Shown piece after piece: positions 19,437 to 29,490 of a DNA stretch of 64,000 nucleotides. The notes beneath the pieces were generated by a model that was not told where the DNA came from, searched no databases, and was given only the letters and a program-made list of their open reading frames with translations. Made by a program: the position numbers and the translations under genes. This DNA is from Parasphingopyxis sp. (GTDB lineage Bacteria; Pseudomonadota; Alphaproteobacteria; Sphingomonadales; Sphingomonadaceae): NCBI RefSeq assembly GCF_052168275.1, contig NZ_JBQLZM010000135.1:2509-66508 (forward strand). The letters run 5' to 3'. How positions within the stretch are numbered: position 1 is the first letter of the stretch; every line of letters begins with the position of its first letter.

Positions 19437-20984
19437 ATGAACGGCATCTACGAAGAAATCAGGATCGCACTGCACGCGATCTGGCAGCGCCGCTGGCTCG
19501 CACTGGCGGTCGCCTGGGGCGTCGCCGTACTGGGCTGGCTGGTGATCGCGATGATCCCGAACAGCTACACCTCGCAGGCGCGGATCTACGTACAGCAGGA
19601 TTCTGTGCTGACCAACGAGATCGGCGTCACCGGCCGCGAGCAGCGCGCGAATATCGATCGCATCCGCCAGACGCTGGCGTCGACCGCCAATCTCGAGCAG
19701 GTCGTCCGCCAGACCGATCTCGCGCAACAGGCAACGACCGACGCGCAGGTGCGGTCGCTCGCGTCGCAGCTGCGTGCGAACGTGACGGTGGCGGCACAGC
19801 AGGATCCCAACAGTTTCGGTCAGCCGGGCAACATGTTCGAGATCAGCGCCAGCTGGGACGGGCCGGGGCTCGCCCAGCAGATCAACCAGAAGCTCATCGA
19901 CGTCTTCGTCGAGGAGAATCTTGCCGGAACGCGCGCCGAAGCGACGCAGTCGGTCGAATTTCTCGATCGCCAGATTGCCGAGCGCGAACAGCGACTCCAG
20001 CAGATGGAAGAACGCCGCGCGAACTTCGAAAGCGAATATAGCGGCCTGCTGCCCGGCACCGGGACGATCACCCAGCGCATGGAGCAGGCGCGGTCCGAAA
20101 TGCGCACGATAGAGGGCGACCTTGCCGCCGCGCAAAGCTCGCTGTCCACGGTCCAGGCGCAACTGGGCGCGACGTCGCCCACGACCAGCGCCGCAGACGG
20201 CGGCGCGGTGGCAGTGGGACCGGCGACCGCGCGACTCAATGCGCTTCAGGCCCAGCTCGCCGATGCGCGGTCGCGGGGCTGGACCGACCAGCATCCCGAC
20301 GTTGTCGCGTTGGAATCTCAGATTGCGCGCGCCCGTACACAGGCGCGCGGAGAGCGTGGAGGCGGGTCGCGAACCGTCGGAGGCGTCTCGAATCCGCTCT
20401 ACACGTCGCTGCGCTCGATAATGGCCGATCGCCAGGCCCAGGTCGCCGCCCTGACGGCACGGCGCGATCAGCTGCGCGCCGGCATCGAACAGATCGAGCG
20501 CCAGCGCTCGAGCAATCCGGGCCAGATGGCCGAACTCCAGCAGCTCGATCGCGATTATCTCGCGCTCCAGACCCAGTACAACCAGCTCGTCGCCGACCGC
20601 GAACGCGTGCGTCTGCGCGGCGATGTCGTCACCGAAACTGACAGCAACACCTTCCGCGTCGTCGATCCGCCCAGCATGCCGAGCGCGCCCGCCGCGCCGA
20701 ACCGGCCGCTGCTGCTGATCCTCGTCCTGTTCGCCGCGATCGCCCTGGGTATCGCAGCCGCGTTCGCGCAAGGGCAGCTCAAGACCACCTATCCGACCGC
20801 CCGGCGGCTCGGCAGCGGCACCGGCCTGCCGGTGCTCGGCGCGATCAGCGAAATCGTGAAGCCAGTCGATGCCGAGATCCGCCGGCAGAATTTCCGGCGC
20901 TTTGCGGCAGGCACCGCCGCCCTGTTCGGCGTGTTCGTCGTTCTGATGGCGGTCGAATTCATCCAGCGCGGCCTGGCGGCCTGA
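19437..20984 (+). CDS. Polysaccharide chain-length determinant (Wzz/GumC/PCP), XrtA system
   Basis: Two TM helices flanking long coiled coil, WTDQHPDVV, FRVVDPPSMP..P..PNR. Confidence 0.88.
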   Translation: MNGIYEEIRIALHAIWQRRWLALAVAWGVAVLGWLVIAMIPNSYTSQARIYVQQDSVLTNEIGVTGREQRANIDRIRQTLASTANLEQVVRQTDLAQQATTDAQVRSLASQLRANVTVAAQQDPNSFGQPGNMFEISASWDGPGLAQQINQKLIDVFVEENLAGTRAEATQSVEFLDRQIAEREQRLQQMEERRANFESEYSGLLPGTGTITQRMEQARSEMRTIEGDLAAAQSSLSTVQAQLGATSPTTSAADGGAVAVGPATARLNALQAQLADARSRGWTDQHPDVVALESQIARARTQARGERGGGSRTVGGVSNPLYTSLRSIMADRQAQVAALTARRDQLRAGIEQIERQRSSNPGQMAELQQLDRDYLALQTQYNQLVADRERVRLRGDVVTETDSNTFRVVDPPSMPSAPAAPNRPLLLILVLFAAIALGIAAAFAQGQLKTTYPTARRLGSGTGLPVLGAISEIVKPVDAEIRRQNFRRFAAGTAALFGVFVVLMAVEFIQRGLAA

Positions 20985-20997
20985 GGGGACGGGAACG

Positions 20998-21906
20998 ATG
21001 AACAAGCACAGCTCCATCCGCTCTTCCGGCTCGCTGCTCGAGCGCGCGTCGGAGAAATTCGACTTCGCGGCCGCGTTGCGCGGCGCGGCGACCGAATTTC
21101 CGGCCGAAAACACGGCACCGGCCCTCGATGCCGCGCCATTCGCGGCCCCGGTCGCGCCGCCGCCGGCCTTCGATCGCGAAACGGTCGCGGTCGACCGCGT
21201 CGCGCTCGCCGAAGCCGGCTTCGTGCTGCCCGATCAGCGCCCCGGGCCGCTCGCCGAGGAATTCCGCATCGTCAAGCGCCAGCTGCTGCTGCGGGCCGCG
21301 GGCGAGGGCGGCCGGCCGATAGAAAATGGCCGGATGATCCTCGTCTGTTCGGCGCAGCCCGACGAGGGCAAGACTTTCTGCTCGATCAATCTCGCCCTTT
21401 CCATGGCGCGCGAAACCGATCTCGACATCGTCCTCGTCGACAGCGATCTCAACAATCCGGAGATCGCCGTCACGATGGGTATCGAGGACGGGCCGGGCCT
21501 GATGGATGCCGTGGCGGATCCCGCCATCGCCATCGAATCCTGCCTGGTGCGGACCGACATTCCCAATCTTTCGCTGCTGCGCGCGGGCCGGCGGACGGAT
21601 GACGCCACCGAATTGCTGGCGTCGCAGCGGACGAGCGAGGTCATCGGCGCGCTTCTCTCCGCAAGTCCGACGCGGATCGCGATTTTCGATTCGCCGCCAG
21701 CGCTCTCGGCCTCGCCCGCATCGGTGCTCGCCATGCATGCCGGACAGACTGTTCTCGTCGTCAAGGCGGACTCCACGAGCGAAGCGGAGCTGCGCGAAGC
21801 GCTCGGGCTGCTCGACGGCTGCGATCACATTCAGCTGCTCCTCAACGGCGTCACCTTCACGCCCAACGGCAAGCGGTTCAGCAGCTATTACGGATACGGG
21901 GAATGA
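20998..21906 (+). CDS. Stand-alone BY-type tyrosine autokinase
   Basis: EEFRIVKRQL, Walker A SAQPDEGKT, VLVDSD, IFDSPP, C-terminal Tyr cluster SSYYGYGE. Confidence 0.88.
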   Translation: MNKHSSIRSSGSLLERASEKFDFAAALRGAATEFPAENTAPALDAAPFAAPVAPPPAFDRETVAVDRVALAEAGFVLPDQRPGPLAEEFRIVKRQLLLRAAGEGGRPIENGRMILVCSAQPDEGKTFCSINLALSMARETDLDIVLVDSDLNNPEIAVTMGIEDGPGLMDAVADPAIAIESCLVRTDIPNLSLLRAGRRTDDATELLASQRTSEVIGALLSASPTRIAIFDSPPALSASPASVLAMHAGQTVLVVKADSTSEAELREALGLLDGCDHIQLLLNGVTFTPNGKRFSSYYGYGE

Positions 21907-23540
21907 TCATGGCCAGCGTCTCAGCACGCCATCTCTGGAACAGCGCGATCGGGATCGGCGCGATCGCGATGCTCGGCCTGTCCGTGCAGGCGCAGGCGCG
22001 CACCGAAATCGCGCCCTATATCGAGGTCCAGCAGGTCCTCGACTTCGATCTCAGCAACAACGACGCGTTCGGCGATGACGTCGTCACCTACACGTCGGTC
22101 GCCGCGGGCGTGGATGCCTCGGTATCGACCCGGCGCATCGAAGTGGGCGCCAGCTACCGCTACGAGCGCCGCATCGGCTGGGGCGACGATATCGCCGACG
22201 ACGACGTCCATAGCGGCCTCGTCCGCGCGCGCGCCAATGTCACGCGCGGCCTCAGCTTCGAAGCTGGCGCGCTGGCCGCCCGCGCGCGCGCCGAGATCGG
22301 CGGCGACGGGCTCGGCTCACTGACCGGCGACAATGACAACAGCACGCAGATCTACTCGGTCTATGGCGGGCCGACGCTTTCGACCCATGCCGGCCCGCTC
22401 GAAATCGGCGCCGGTTACCGGATCGGCTACACCCATGTCGAAGACAATCTCGCGGCCAATTCCGACCCGACCCAGGCGCCGGTCGATTATGTCGACCACA
22501 CGACCTATCACCAGGCCACCGCGAGCGTCGGCATGTCGCCGGGCGAGATGCTGCCCTTCGGGTGGATCGTTTCGGGCGGTTACGAACGCGAGGATGCAAG
22601 CCAGCTCGACCAGCGCTACGAGGCCTATTACGGGCGCGTCGACGTCACCGTGCCGGTGACGCCAACGCTCGCGCTCGTCGGCGGCGTCGGTTACGAGGAT
22701 ATCGAGATCAGCCAGCGCGACGTCGTCGTCGATGCGGCCGGCAATCCGGTGCTCGACAATAACGGCCGGTTCCAGACCGATCCCAATTCGCCGCGCCTGC
22801 TCGCCTACAATGTCGACGAAGTCATCTACGACGCCGGCATCCTGTGGCGGCCCAATCCGCGTCTCGAACTCTCCGCGCGGGTCGGTCATCGCTACGATAC
22901 GACGATCTACAACGGCTATCTGAGCTATCAGGCCAGCACGTCGAGCACGGTCCAGGCGGCGGTCTACAACGAGATCAGCAGCTTCGGCCGCGGGACGACG
23001 AACACGCTGGCCGGCCTGCCGACCAGCTTCACGGTCGGCCGCAACGGATTCAGCCAGTTCAACGGCTGCGCCTTCGGTGAGGGCGGCGATGCGGGCGGCT
23101 GTTTCGACACCGGCTTTCAGTCGCTCAACGCGGCCAATTTCCGCAGCCGCGGCGGCAGCCTGGTATGGACGGGCGGACGCGGCCCGTGGAGCTACGGCCT
23201 CGGCGCCGGCTACCAGAACCGCCGCTATTTAGCGCCGACGACGAGCGCCAATTTCTCGCTCGACCGCGTGACGGACGAAGCCTTCTCGCTGCAGGCCAAT
23301 CTCGGCCGCCAGCTGTCGCCCAATTCGAGCCTCGACGGCAGCCTCTACGCCACCTGGTTCGAAAGCGGCATTCCGGGCGAAGCCGATGTGTTCAGCAGCG
23401 GCGGCTCGGCGACCTACAGCGTCGGCCTCTATCGCGGGCTCAGCGCCCAGGCTTCGGCGGGATTGTTCGCCAACGACGTCGAAGGCGAGGAAGCCGACTG
23501 GCTCGCCACGCTGCTGTTCGGCGTCCGTTACGGATTTTAG
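21903..23540 (+). CDS. Outer-membrane beta-barrel protein of PEP-CTERM/EPS loci
   Basis: Signal peptide, Gly/Tyr-rich amphipathic strands, terminal Phe (FGVRYGF), position in XrtA locus. Confidence 0.7.
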   Translation: MIMASVSARHLWNSAIGIGAIAMLGLSVQAQARTEIAPYIEVQQVLDFDLSNNDAFGDDVVTYTSVAAGVDASVSTRRIEVGASYRYERRIGWGDDIADDDVHSGLVRARANVTRGLSFEAGALAARARAEIGGDGLGSLTGDNDNSTQIYSVYGGPTLSTHAGPLEIGAGYRIGYTHVEDNLAANSDPTQAPVDYVDHTTYHQATASVGMSPGEMLPFGWIVSGGYEREDASQLDQRYEAYYGRVDVTVPVTPTLALVGGVGYEDIEISQRDVVVDAAGNPVLDNNGRFQTDPNSPRLLAYNVDEVIYDAGILWRPNPRLELSARVGHRYDTTIYNGYLSYQASTSSTVQAAVYNEISSFGRGTTNTLAGLPTSFTVGRNGFSQFNGCAFGEGGDAGGCFDTGFQSLNAANFRSRGGSLVWTGGRGPWSYGLGAGYQNRRYLAPTTSANFSLDRVTDEAFSLQANLGRQLSPNSSLDGSLYATWFESGIPGEADVFSSGGSATYSVGLYRGLSAQASAGLFANDVEGEEADWLATLLFGVRYGF

Positions 23541-23574
23541 GGAAAGCGCGTAAACGCGTTCGAAGGAAAGACAT

Positions 23575-24771
23575 ATGTACAGCGAACATTACGGCCTGAC
23601 CGGAAACCCGTTCCAGCTCACGCCCGATCCGCGCTTCTGGTTCGAAAGCGAAACGCACAGAAAGGCGATGGCCTATCTCGGCTATGGCCTGGCGCAGGGC
23701 GAGGGCTTCATCGTCATCACCGGCGACATCGGCGCGGGCAAGACGACGCTGGTCGGCCATCTGATGGCGACGATCGATACGTCGCGGCTGACCGCCGTGC
23801 AGATCGTTTCCACCCAGGTCGAGGGCGACGACATGCTCCGCCTCGTCGCGCAGCAGCTCGGCATCGAGGCCCATGGCCTGGAAAAGGCCGCGCTGCTCGA
23901 TCGCATCGAGCGTTTCCTTCACGGCCAGGCGCGGGAAGGGAAGCGGACGCTGCTGATCGTCGACGAAGCCCAGAATCTTTCCGTTTCCGCGCTCGAAGAG
24001 CTGCGCATGCTGTCCAATTTCCAGTCGGCCGGCCGCGCGCTCCTCCAGATATTCCTGCTCGGCCAGCCCGAGTTTCGCGACCGGGTCCGCACGGCGCCCA
24101 ATCTCGAACAGCTGCGCCAGCGCGTCATCGCGACGCATCATCTCGATCCGATGCAGGCGAACGAGATCGAACCCTATATCGTGCACCGGCTGTCGATCGC
24201 CGGATGGACCGGCAAGCCGCAATTCACCGCCGGCGCCCATGCCTCTATCTACAAGGCCACCGACGGCGTGCCGCGCCGCCTCAACACGCTGATGGCGCGC
24301 GTGCTGCTGTTCGGCGCCGTCGAGGATCTCGAAACGATCGATGGCGATGCCGTCGAGGCGGTTCTCGCGGATCTGGCCGGGGACCAACCGCAACGGCATG
24401 CCGACGCGCGGGACGACGAAGCGGACGGGCAGGGCATCGATCATGATCCCGATCCGGAACCGGCACCCGTCTTCGAACCGGCGACCGACGAGGACGTCTA
24501 TGCGTCGCTGGCGGCGACCGAGCATCGCGCGGACGAGCCGTCCAAGGAGACGGTCCGGCTGGAGACTCCCGTCCGGCCTCCGGAAAACGCCAATGACGCG
24601 GCGGCCATGGCCGACGAGCGAAACGATGCCGACGCGCGTATCGCCGCGCTCGAAGCCCGGATCGACGAACAGGAAGCCGCGCTGCGCCGCGTCTTGACCT
24701 TGCTCGTCCAATGGGTCGAGGAAGAGGACACGCAGCCGAGTTTCGGCGTCGTTCGCGGCGACGCGGCCTAA
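23575..24771 (+). CDS. ExeA/GspA-like AAA ATPase, XrtA system-associated
   Basis: YGLTGNPFQLTPDP, GDIGAGKT, LLIVDEAQNL, GQPEF, GVPRRLN; acidic linker and C-terminal coiled coil. Confidence 0.88.
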   Translation: MYSEHYGLTGNPFQLTPDPRFWFESETHRKAMAYLGYGLAQGEGFIVITGDIGAGKTTLVGHLMATIDTSRLTAVQIVSTQVEGDDMLRLVAQQLGIEAHGLEKAALLDRIERFLHGQAREGKRTLLIVDEAQNLSVSALEELRMLSNFQSAGRALLQIFLLGQPEFRDRVRTAPNLEQLRQRVIATHHLDPMQANEIEPYIVHRLSIAGWTGKPQFTAGAHASIYKATDGVPRRLNTLMARVLLFGAVEDLETIDGDAVEAVLADLAGDQPQRHADARDDEADGQGIDHDPDPEPAPVFEPATDEDVYASLAATEHRADEPSKETVRLETPVRPPENANDAAAMADERNDADARIAALEARIDEQEAALRRVLTLLVQWVEEEDTQPSFGVVRGDAA

Positions 24772-24798
24772 CACAGCGCGAGGAGGAAATGGCGCGCC

Positions 24799-25644
24799 AT
24801 GCTCAATGCGCTTTCGGTCGATATCGAAGACTGGTTCCAGGTCGGCGCCTTCGAAACCGTCATCGCGCGTGACGAGTGGGACGCGCTCGCGCATCGCGTC
24901 GAGCGCAACAGCGATGCCGTACTCGAACTGTTCGACCGCGCGGGCGTCAAGGGCACCTTCTTCACCCTAGGATGGGTCGCCGAGCGCTATCCGGCGCTGA
25001 TCCGGCGGATCGCGGAAGCTGGACATGAAGTCGCGAGCCATGGCTGGGACCATCGGCGCGTCTTCACCATGCAGCCCGACGAATTTCGCGCCGACATCCG
25101 CAAGGCGCGCGCAGCGCTCGAAGACGCGGCCGGTGAACGGCTCTCCGGTTACCGCGCGCCCAGTTTCTCGATCGATGTGCGGACGCCCTGGGCGCATGAG
25201 ATTCTCGCGGAAGAGGGCTATACCTATTCCTCGAGCGTCGCTCCGGTCGTCCACGACCATTATGGCTGGCCGGACGCGCCGCGCTTCGCCTTTGCGCCGT
25301 GCGACGATAGCGCGCTTATCGAACTGCCGGTGACGACCGCGCGCCTTGGCGGCCGCACGATCGCGGCCGGCGGCGGCGGTTTCTTCCGCCTCCTGCCTTA
25401 TCGCTTTTCCCATTGGGCCATCGGCCAGGTGAACGGCCGGGACGGCCGGCCGGCGATATTCTATTTCCATCCCTGGGAGATCGATCCCGACCAGCCGCGC
25501 GTCGACAACGCGCCGCTCCGATCGAAGGTCCGGCATTACAGCCGGCTGTCGGCGATGGAGGGCAAGCTCGAGCGGCTGCTCGGCGATTTCCGATGGGGGC
25601 GTGTCGATCATGTCGCCGAAATGCAGAAGGCGAGCATCCAGTGA
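24799..25644 (+). CDS. Polysaccharide deacetylase, XrtA system
   Basis: LSVDIEDWFQV, TFFTLGWVAE, HEVASHGWDH, GYRAPSFSI, FYFHPWEIDP. Confidence 0.9.
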   Translation: MLNALSVDIEDWFQVGAFETVIARDEWDALAHRVERNSDAVLELFDRAGVKGTFFTLGWVAERYPALIRRIAEAGHEVASHGWDHRRVFTMQPDEFRADIRKARAALEDAAGERLSGYRAPSFSIDVRTPWAHEILAEEGYTYSSSVAPVVHDHYGWPDAPRFAFAPCDDSALIELPVTTARLGGRTIAAGGGGFFRLLPYRFSHWAIGQVNGRDGRPAIFYFHPWEIDPDQPRVDNAPLRSKVRHYSRLSAMEGKLERLLGDFRWGRVDHVAEMQKASIQ

Positions 25645-26708
25645 ACGCACCCATGTCGCTCCACAAACTGCGCATACGCGCCGCCGATCTGCACGATCCC
25701 GGGGAATGCGCGCGGATCGAGACTTTCGTCCGCGAAACCGAAGGCGGGACGCCGTTCCATCTGCCGCAATGGCTGAAGGCCGTCGAACGGGGATGCGGCC
25801 AGCCGGGTCACATGCTGGTCGGCGAACGCGCCACCACGTTGCGCGGGATATTGCCGCTCACCGAAATCCATTCGCCGCTGTTCGGCCGAGCGCTCGTGTC
25901 GAGCGGCTTCGCGGTCGGGGGCGGGGCGCTCGTCGCCAATCCGATCAACGCGAATGCGCTGGCCGACGCCGCGTGGCAACTGGCCGAACGGCTCAGCATC
26001 CCCGAGGTCGAGCTGCGCGGCGGCGCGCTGCCCAAGGCATGGGTTGTCCGCGAGGGCGTCTATGCCGGGTTCGTCGGGCCGCTGGCCGGGAGCGACGACG
26101 CGCAGCTCCAGGCGATACCCCGCAAGCAGCGGGCCGAAATCCGCAAGGCGCTGACGAACGATCTCACCGTCGAATTCGGAACGGACGAGCGCGATCGCGC
26201 GGCGCATTATGCCGTCTATGCCGAGAGCGTCCGCAATCTCGGAACGCCGGTCTTTCCGCGCGCGCTGTTCGACGCGATGCTCGACGGGTTCGGCGACGCG
26301 GCCGATATCGCGACGGTTCGCCATGACGGGACGCCCGTCGCGTCGGTCCTGACCTTCTATTTCGACGGCACGGCGATGCCCTACTGGGGCGGCGGCACCT
26401 TCGCCGCGCGCGGCCTGCGGGCGAACGAGCTGCTCTATTTCAGCCTGATGAACCACGCCCGCGAACGCGGCTGCGCGCGATTCGATTTCGGCCGCTCCAA
26501 GATCAGGACGGGACCGTACAACTTCAAGAAAAATTGGGGCTTCACGCCCGAACCGCTGCGCTATGCGGTCCGGACCGCGGGCGGTGCGACGCCGCGCGAA
26601 ATGAATCCGAACGACCCGAAATACCGGCTGCAGGTCGCCCTGTGGCAGCGGCTGCCCCTGCCGATCGCCAACCGCGTCGGGCCGTGGATCGCGAAGGGGC
26701 TCGGTTGA
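25641..26708 (+). CDS. FemAB-related protein, XrtA/PEP-CTERM system
   Basis: TPFHLPQW, RKQRAEIRKA, VRNLGTPVFP, PYWGGG, NELLYF, FDFGRSK..TG...FKKNWGF; GTGA coupling. Confidence 0.88.
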   Translation: MNAPMSLHKLRIRAADLHDPGECARIETFVRETEGGTPFHLPQWLKAVERGCGQPGHMLVGERATTLRGILPLTEIHSPLFGRALVSSGFAVGGGALVANPINANALADAAWQLAERLSIPEVELRGGALPKAWVVREGVYAGFVGPLAGSDDAQLQAIPRKQRAEIRKALTNDLTVEFGTDERDRAAHYAVYAESVRNLGTPVFPRALFDAMLDGFGDAADIATVRHDGTPVASVLTFYFDGTAMPYWGGGTFAARGLRANELLYFSLMNHARERGCARFDFGRSKIRTGPYNFKKNWGFTPEPLRYAVRTAGGATPREMNPNDPKYRLQVALWQRLPLPIANRVGPWIAKGLG

Positions 26709-27949
26709 TGGGCGATATCCTCTTTCTCGCCCATCGCATCCCCTATCCACCCGACCGCGGGGACAAGATCCGGTCTTTCAACATCCTGAAAAAGCTCTGC
26801 GACCTCGCCACCGTGCATCTCGCGACGTTCGCGGATGACGATGCGGATATGGCGCACGCCGAAGCGCTCCGCCCGATGCTGGGATCGCTGCATGTCGAAA
26901 AACGCACGGTGTCCAAAGCGGTCGGCGGCATCCGGGCGATGCTGTCCGGAAAGCCGATTTCGCTGACGCTGTTCGACAGCTCCGAAATCCGCGATTTCGT
27001 GTCGCGGACGCTGGCAACCGAATCGATCGACACGGTGTTCGTGTTCTCCGGGCAGATGGCGCAATTCGTGCCCGATCTCCCGCCGGGCATCCGCTTCGTC
27101 ATGGATTTCGCGGACGTCGATTCGGCGAAATTCGCCTCCTACGCGCAGTCGAGCCAGGTGCCGATGCGCTACGTCCATGCCCGGGAAGCGCGCAAGCTCG
27201 CCGCGTTCGAGACGGAGACGGCAAGGCGGGCGGATGCGAGCCTGTTCGTCAGCGAGGCGGAGGCCGCGCTGTTCCGGCGCGAGGCCGGTCTCGGCGCCGA
27301 GCGGGTCCGCGCCCTCGAAAACGGGATCGATTGCGCCTTTTTCGATCCCGGCGCCGAAATTCCCGCCATCGAACGGCCGGACGGTCCGCTGGTCGTCTTC
27401 ACAGGACAAATGGATTACCGGCCCAATGTGGAAGCGGCCGCGAGTTTCGCCGACGACGCTCTGCCGATCATCCGCCTGCAGAACCCGCATGTCACATTCG
27501 CGATCGTCGGGCGCAACCCGACCGGCGAGGTGGAACGGCTCGGCAGCCGCGACGGCGTGATCGTCACCGGCGGGGTCGCGGACATCCGCAGCTGGCTGGC
27601 GGCCGCCGATGTCGTTGTCGCGCCGCTGCGGATCGCGCGCGGGATCCAGAACAAGGTGCTCGAAGCGATGGCGATGGCCCGGCCCGTGATCGCCTCCCGG
27701 CCCGCCTTCGAAGGCATCGACGCCACGCCCGGCCGCGATCTGCTCGTGGCGGACACGCCCGGCGAGGAGGCGCAGCTGGTCCTCGAGCTGCTGAGCAACA
27801 GCCCGATGGGCGAGGTGATGGGCCAGGCGGCGCGCAAGCGCATGCTCAAACGCTATGTCTGGGACGAGACTCTGGCGCCGCTCGCGGCGCTGACCGGCCG
27901 CGAACGGACGACCTATCGGAAGCTGAAGCTGGTCGAGACTTCCGGATGA
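26708..27949 (+). CDS. GT4 glycosyltransferase, PEP-CTERM/XrtA system
   Basis: HRIPYPPDRGDKIRSF, DVDSAKF..YA, FTGQMDYRPNVEA, GIQNKVLEAMAM. Confidence 0.9.
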   Translation: MGDILFLAHRIPYPPDRGDKIRSFNILKKLCDLATVHLATFADDDADMAHAEALRPMLGSLHVEKRTVSKAVGGIRAMLSGKPISLTLFDSSEIRDFVSRTLATESIDTVFVFSGQMAQFVPDLPPGIRFVMDFADVDSAKFASYAQSSQVPMRYVHAREARKLAAFETETARRADASLFVSEAEAALFRREAGLGAERVRALENGIDCAFFDPGAEIPAIERPDGPLVVFTGQMDYRPNVEAAASFADDALPIIRLQNPHVTFAIVGRNPTGEVERLGSRDGVIVTGGVADIRSWLAAADVVVAPLRIARGIQNKVLEAMAMARPVIASRPAFEGIDATPGRDLLVADTPGEEAQLVLELLSNSPMGEVMGQAARKRMLKRYVWDETLAPLAALTGRERTTYRKLKLVETSG

Positions 27950-29484
27950 CGGCGAGCGGCGTCCTCGGCAACCGTTCGGCGGCCCGCGCGGTCGGCGACT
28001 GGCGATCGAGCCTCGTTCTGCTCGCCGCCGTCGCGGCCGGCATCCTCCTGCTGTTCCGCAACGACGTCGCCGGCATGGTTGCGGTCTGGTGGAACAGCTC
28101 GACCTTCAATCATTGCCTGCTCATCGTCCCGATCATCGGATGGCTGGTCTGGAACCGCAAAGCGGAACTCGCCGAACTCACTCCCTCGGCATCGCCCTAC
28201 GGTCTCGTCATCGTCGCGGCCGGCGCCGTCTGCTGGATGCTCGGCGAAGCCTCCGGCGTCGCGCTGGCCCGGCATCTCGGCGTCGTCGTCCTGCTGCAGG
28301 GCAGCGTCGTCGCGATCCTCGGGCTCGCGGCCGCGCGCGGATTGCTGTTCCCGCTCGCCTATGCGCTGTTTCTCGTCCCGTTCGGCGAGGAATTCGTACC
28401 CTTTCTCCAGTCGATCACGGCCGAACTCAGCATGGTGCTGCTCGGCCTGTTCGGGCTGCCCGCACATATGGAAGGCGTCTTCATCACCACGCCCTCGGGC
28501 TATTTCGAGGTTGCTGAAGCCTGTTCGGGCGTCAAATTCCTGATCGCGATGATCGCGCTGGGCGTGCTCGCCGCCAATCTGTGCTTCCGGAGCTGGTGGC
28601 GCCGCGCCGCGTTCATCGCGCTCTGCATCGCCGTGCCGATCGTCGCCAACGGCATCCGGGCCTTTGCAACGATCTACATCGCGGATGCCAACGGCGTCGA
28701 GTTCGCCGAAAGCTTCGACCATGTCGTCTATGGCTGGTTCTTCTTCGCCTTCGTCATCGCCGCCGTGCTGGCGCTTGGCTGGAAATTCTTCGATCGCGAC
28801 ATCGACGACCCCGCCTTCGATCCCGCCGACATCCAGCCGCGCAGGCCCGAGACCGGCGGCGCGAGCCGCCTGTACGCGGTCGCGCTCGCCATCGTCGGCC
28901 TGGCCGTCGCGCCGACCTTGTGGATGGCCGCCAACGCGGCGGCGGCGCGCAACCCGCTCCCGGCGCCCTTTTCGGCGCCCGCGATCCCGGGCTGGGAACG
29001 CAGCGACGCGCCGATGGCCTATCCGTGGCAGGCGACTTATGCCGGCGCCGACCGGCTGCTCGAGGCGCGCTATGGCGATGCCGCGGGCCGGGTCGTCGAC
29101 CTCGCCATCGGCTATTACGCCAATCCCGTCGAAGGGCGCGAGCCCGTCGGTTTCGGGCAGGGCGGACTTCCGGCCGAAACCGAATGGTCCTGGTCGGAGG
29201 ACAGCGCATCGCCGCCCGCGGGCCGCGCCTACCGCATCATGGGGCCCGGTCCGGTGTCCCGCGAGATATTCCAATATGTGGTGGTGGGCGGCCGGCTGAC
29301 CGGCGGCGGCGGCCGCGCCAAGCTGGCGGCGTTGCAGGCGCGGCTGTTCGGCGGCGACCGGCGCGCGGTCGGGATCGTGATCTCCGCCGAAGGCCGCGAG
29401 GCGCGGGCCGCGATCGAGGACTTCATCGCCGATAGCGGCGGTGTCGAACAACTGGTTGACCGCGTGACCGGCTTGGCCGACTGA
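27946..29484 (+). CDS. xrtA: Exosortase A with C-terminal EpsI-like domain
   Basis: Multi-TM protein, VWWNSSTFNHCLLIVP, VPFGEEFVPFLQ, VAEACSGVKFL (Cys), ANGIRA (Arg), DHVVYGW (His), periplasmic EpsI-like tail. Confidence 0.92.
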   Translation: MTASGVLGNRSAARAVGDWRSSLVLLAAVAAGILLLFRNDVAGMVAVWWNSSTFNHCLLIVPIIGWLVWNRKAELAELTPSASPYGLVIVAAGAVCWMLGEASGVALARHLGVVVLLQGSVVAILGLAAARGLLFPLAYALFLVPFGEEFVPFLQSITAELSMVLLGLFGLPAHMEGVFITTPSGYFEVAEACSGVKFLIAMIALGVLAANLCFRSWWRRAAFIALCIAVPIVANGIRAFATIYIADANGVEFAESFDHVVYGWFFFAFVIAAVLALGWKFFDRDIDDPAFDPADIQPRRPETGGASRLYAVALAIVGLAVAPTLWMAANAAAARNPLPAPFSAPAIPGWERSDAPMAYPWQATYAGADRLLEARYGDAAGRVVDLAIGYYANPVEGREPVGFGQGGLPAETEWSWSEDSASPPAGRAYRIMGPGPVSREIFQYVVVGGRLTGGGGRAKLAALQARLFGGDRRAVGIVISAEGREARAAIEDFIADSGGVEQLVDRVTGLAD

Positions 29485-29490
29485 ACCGCC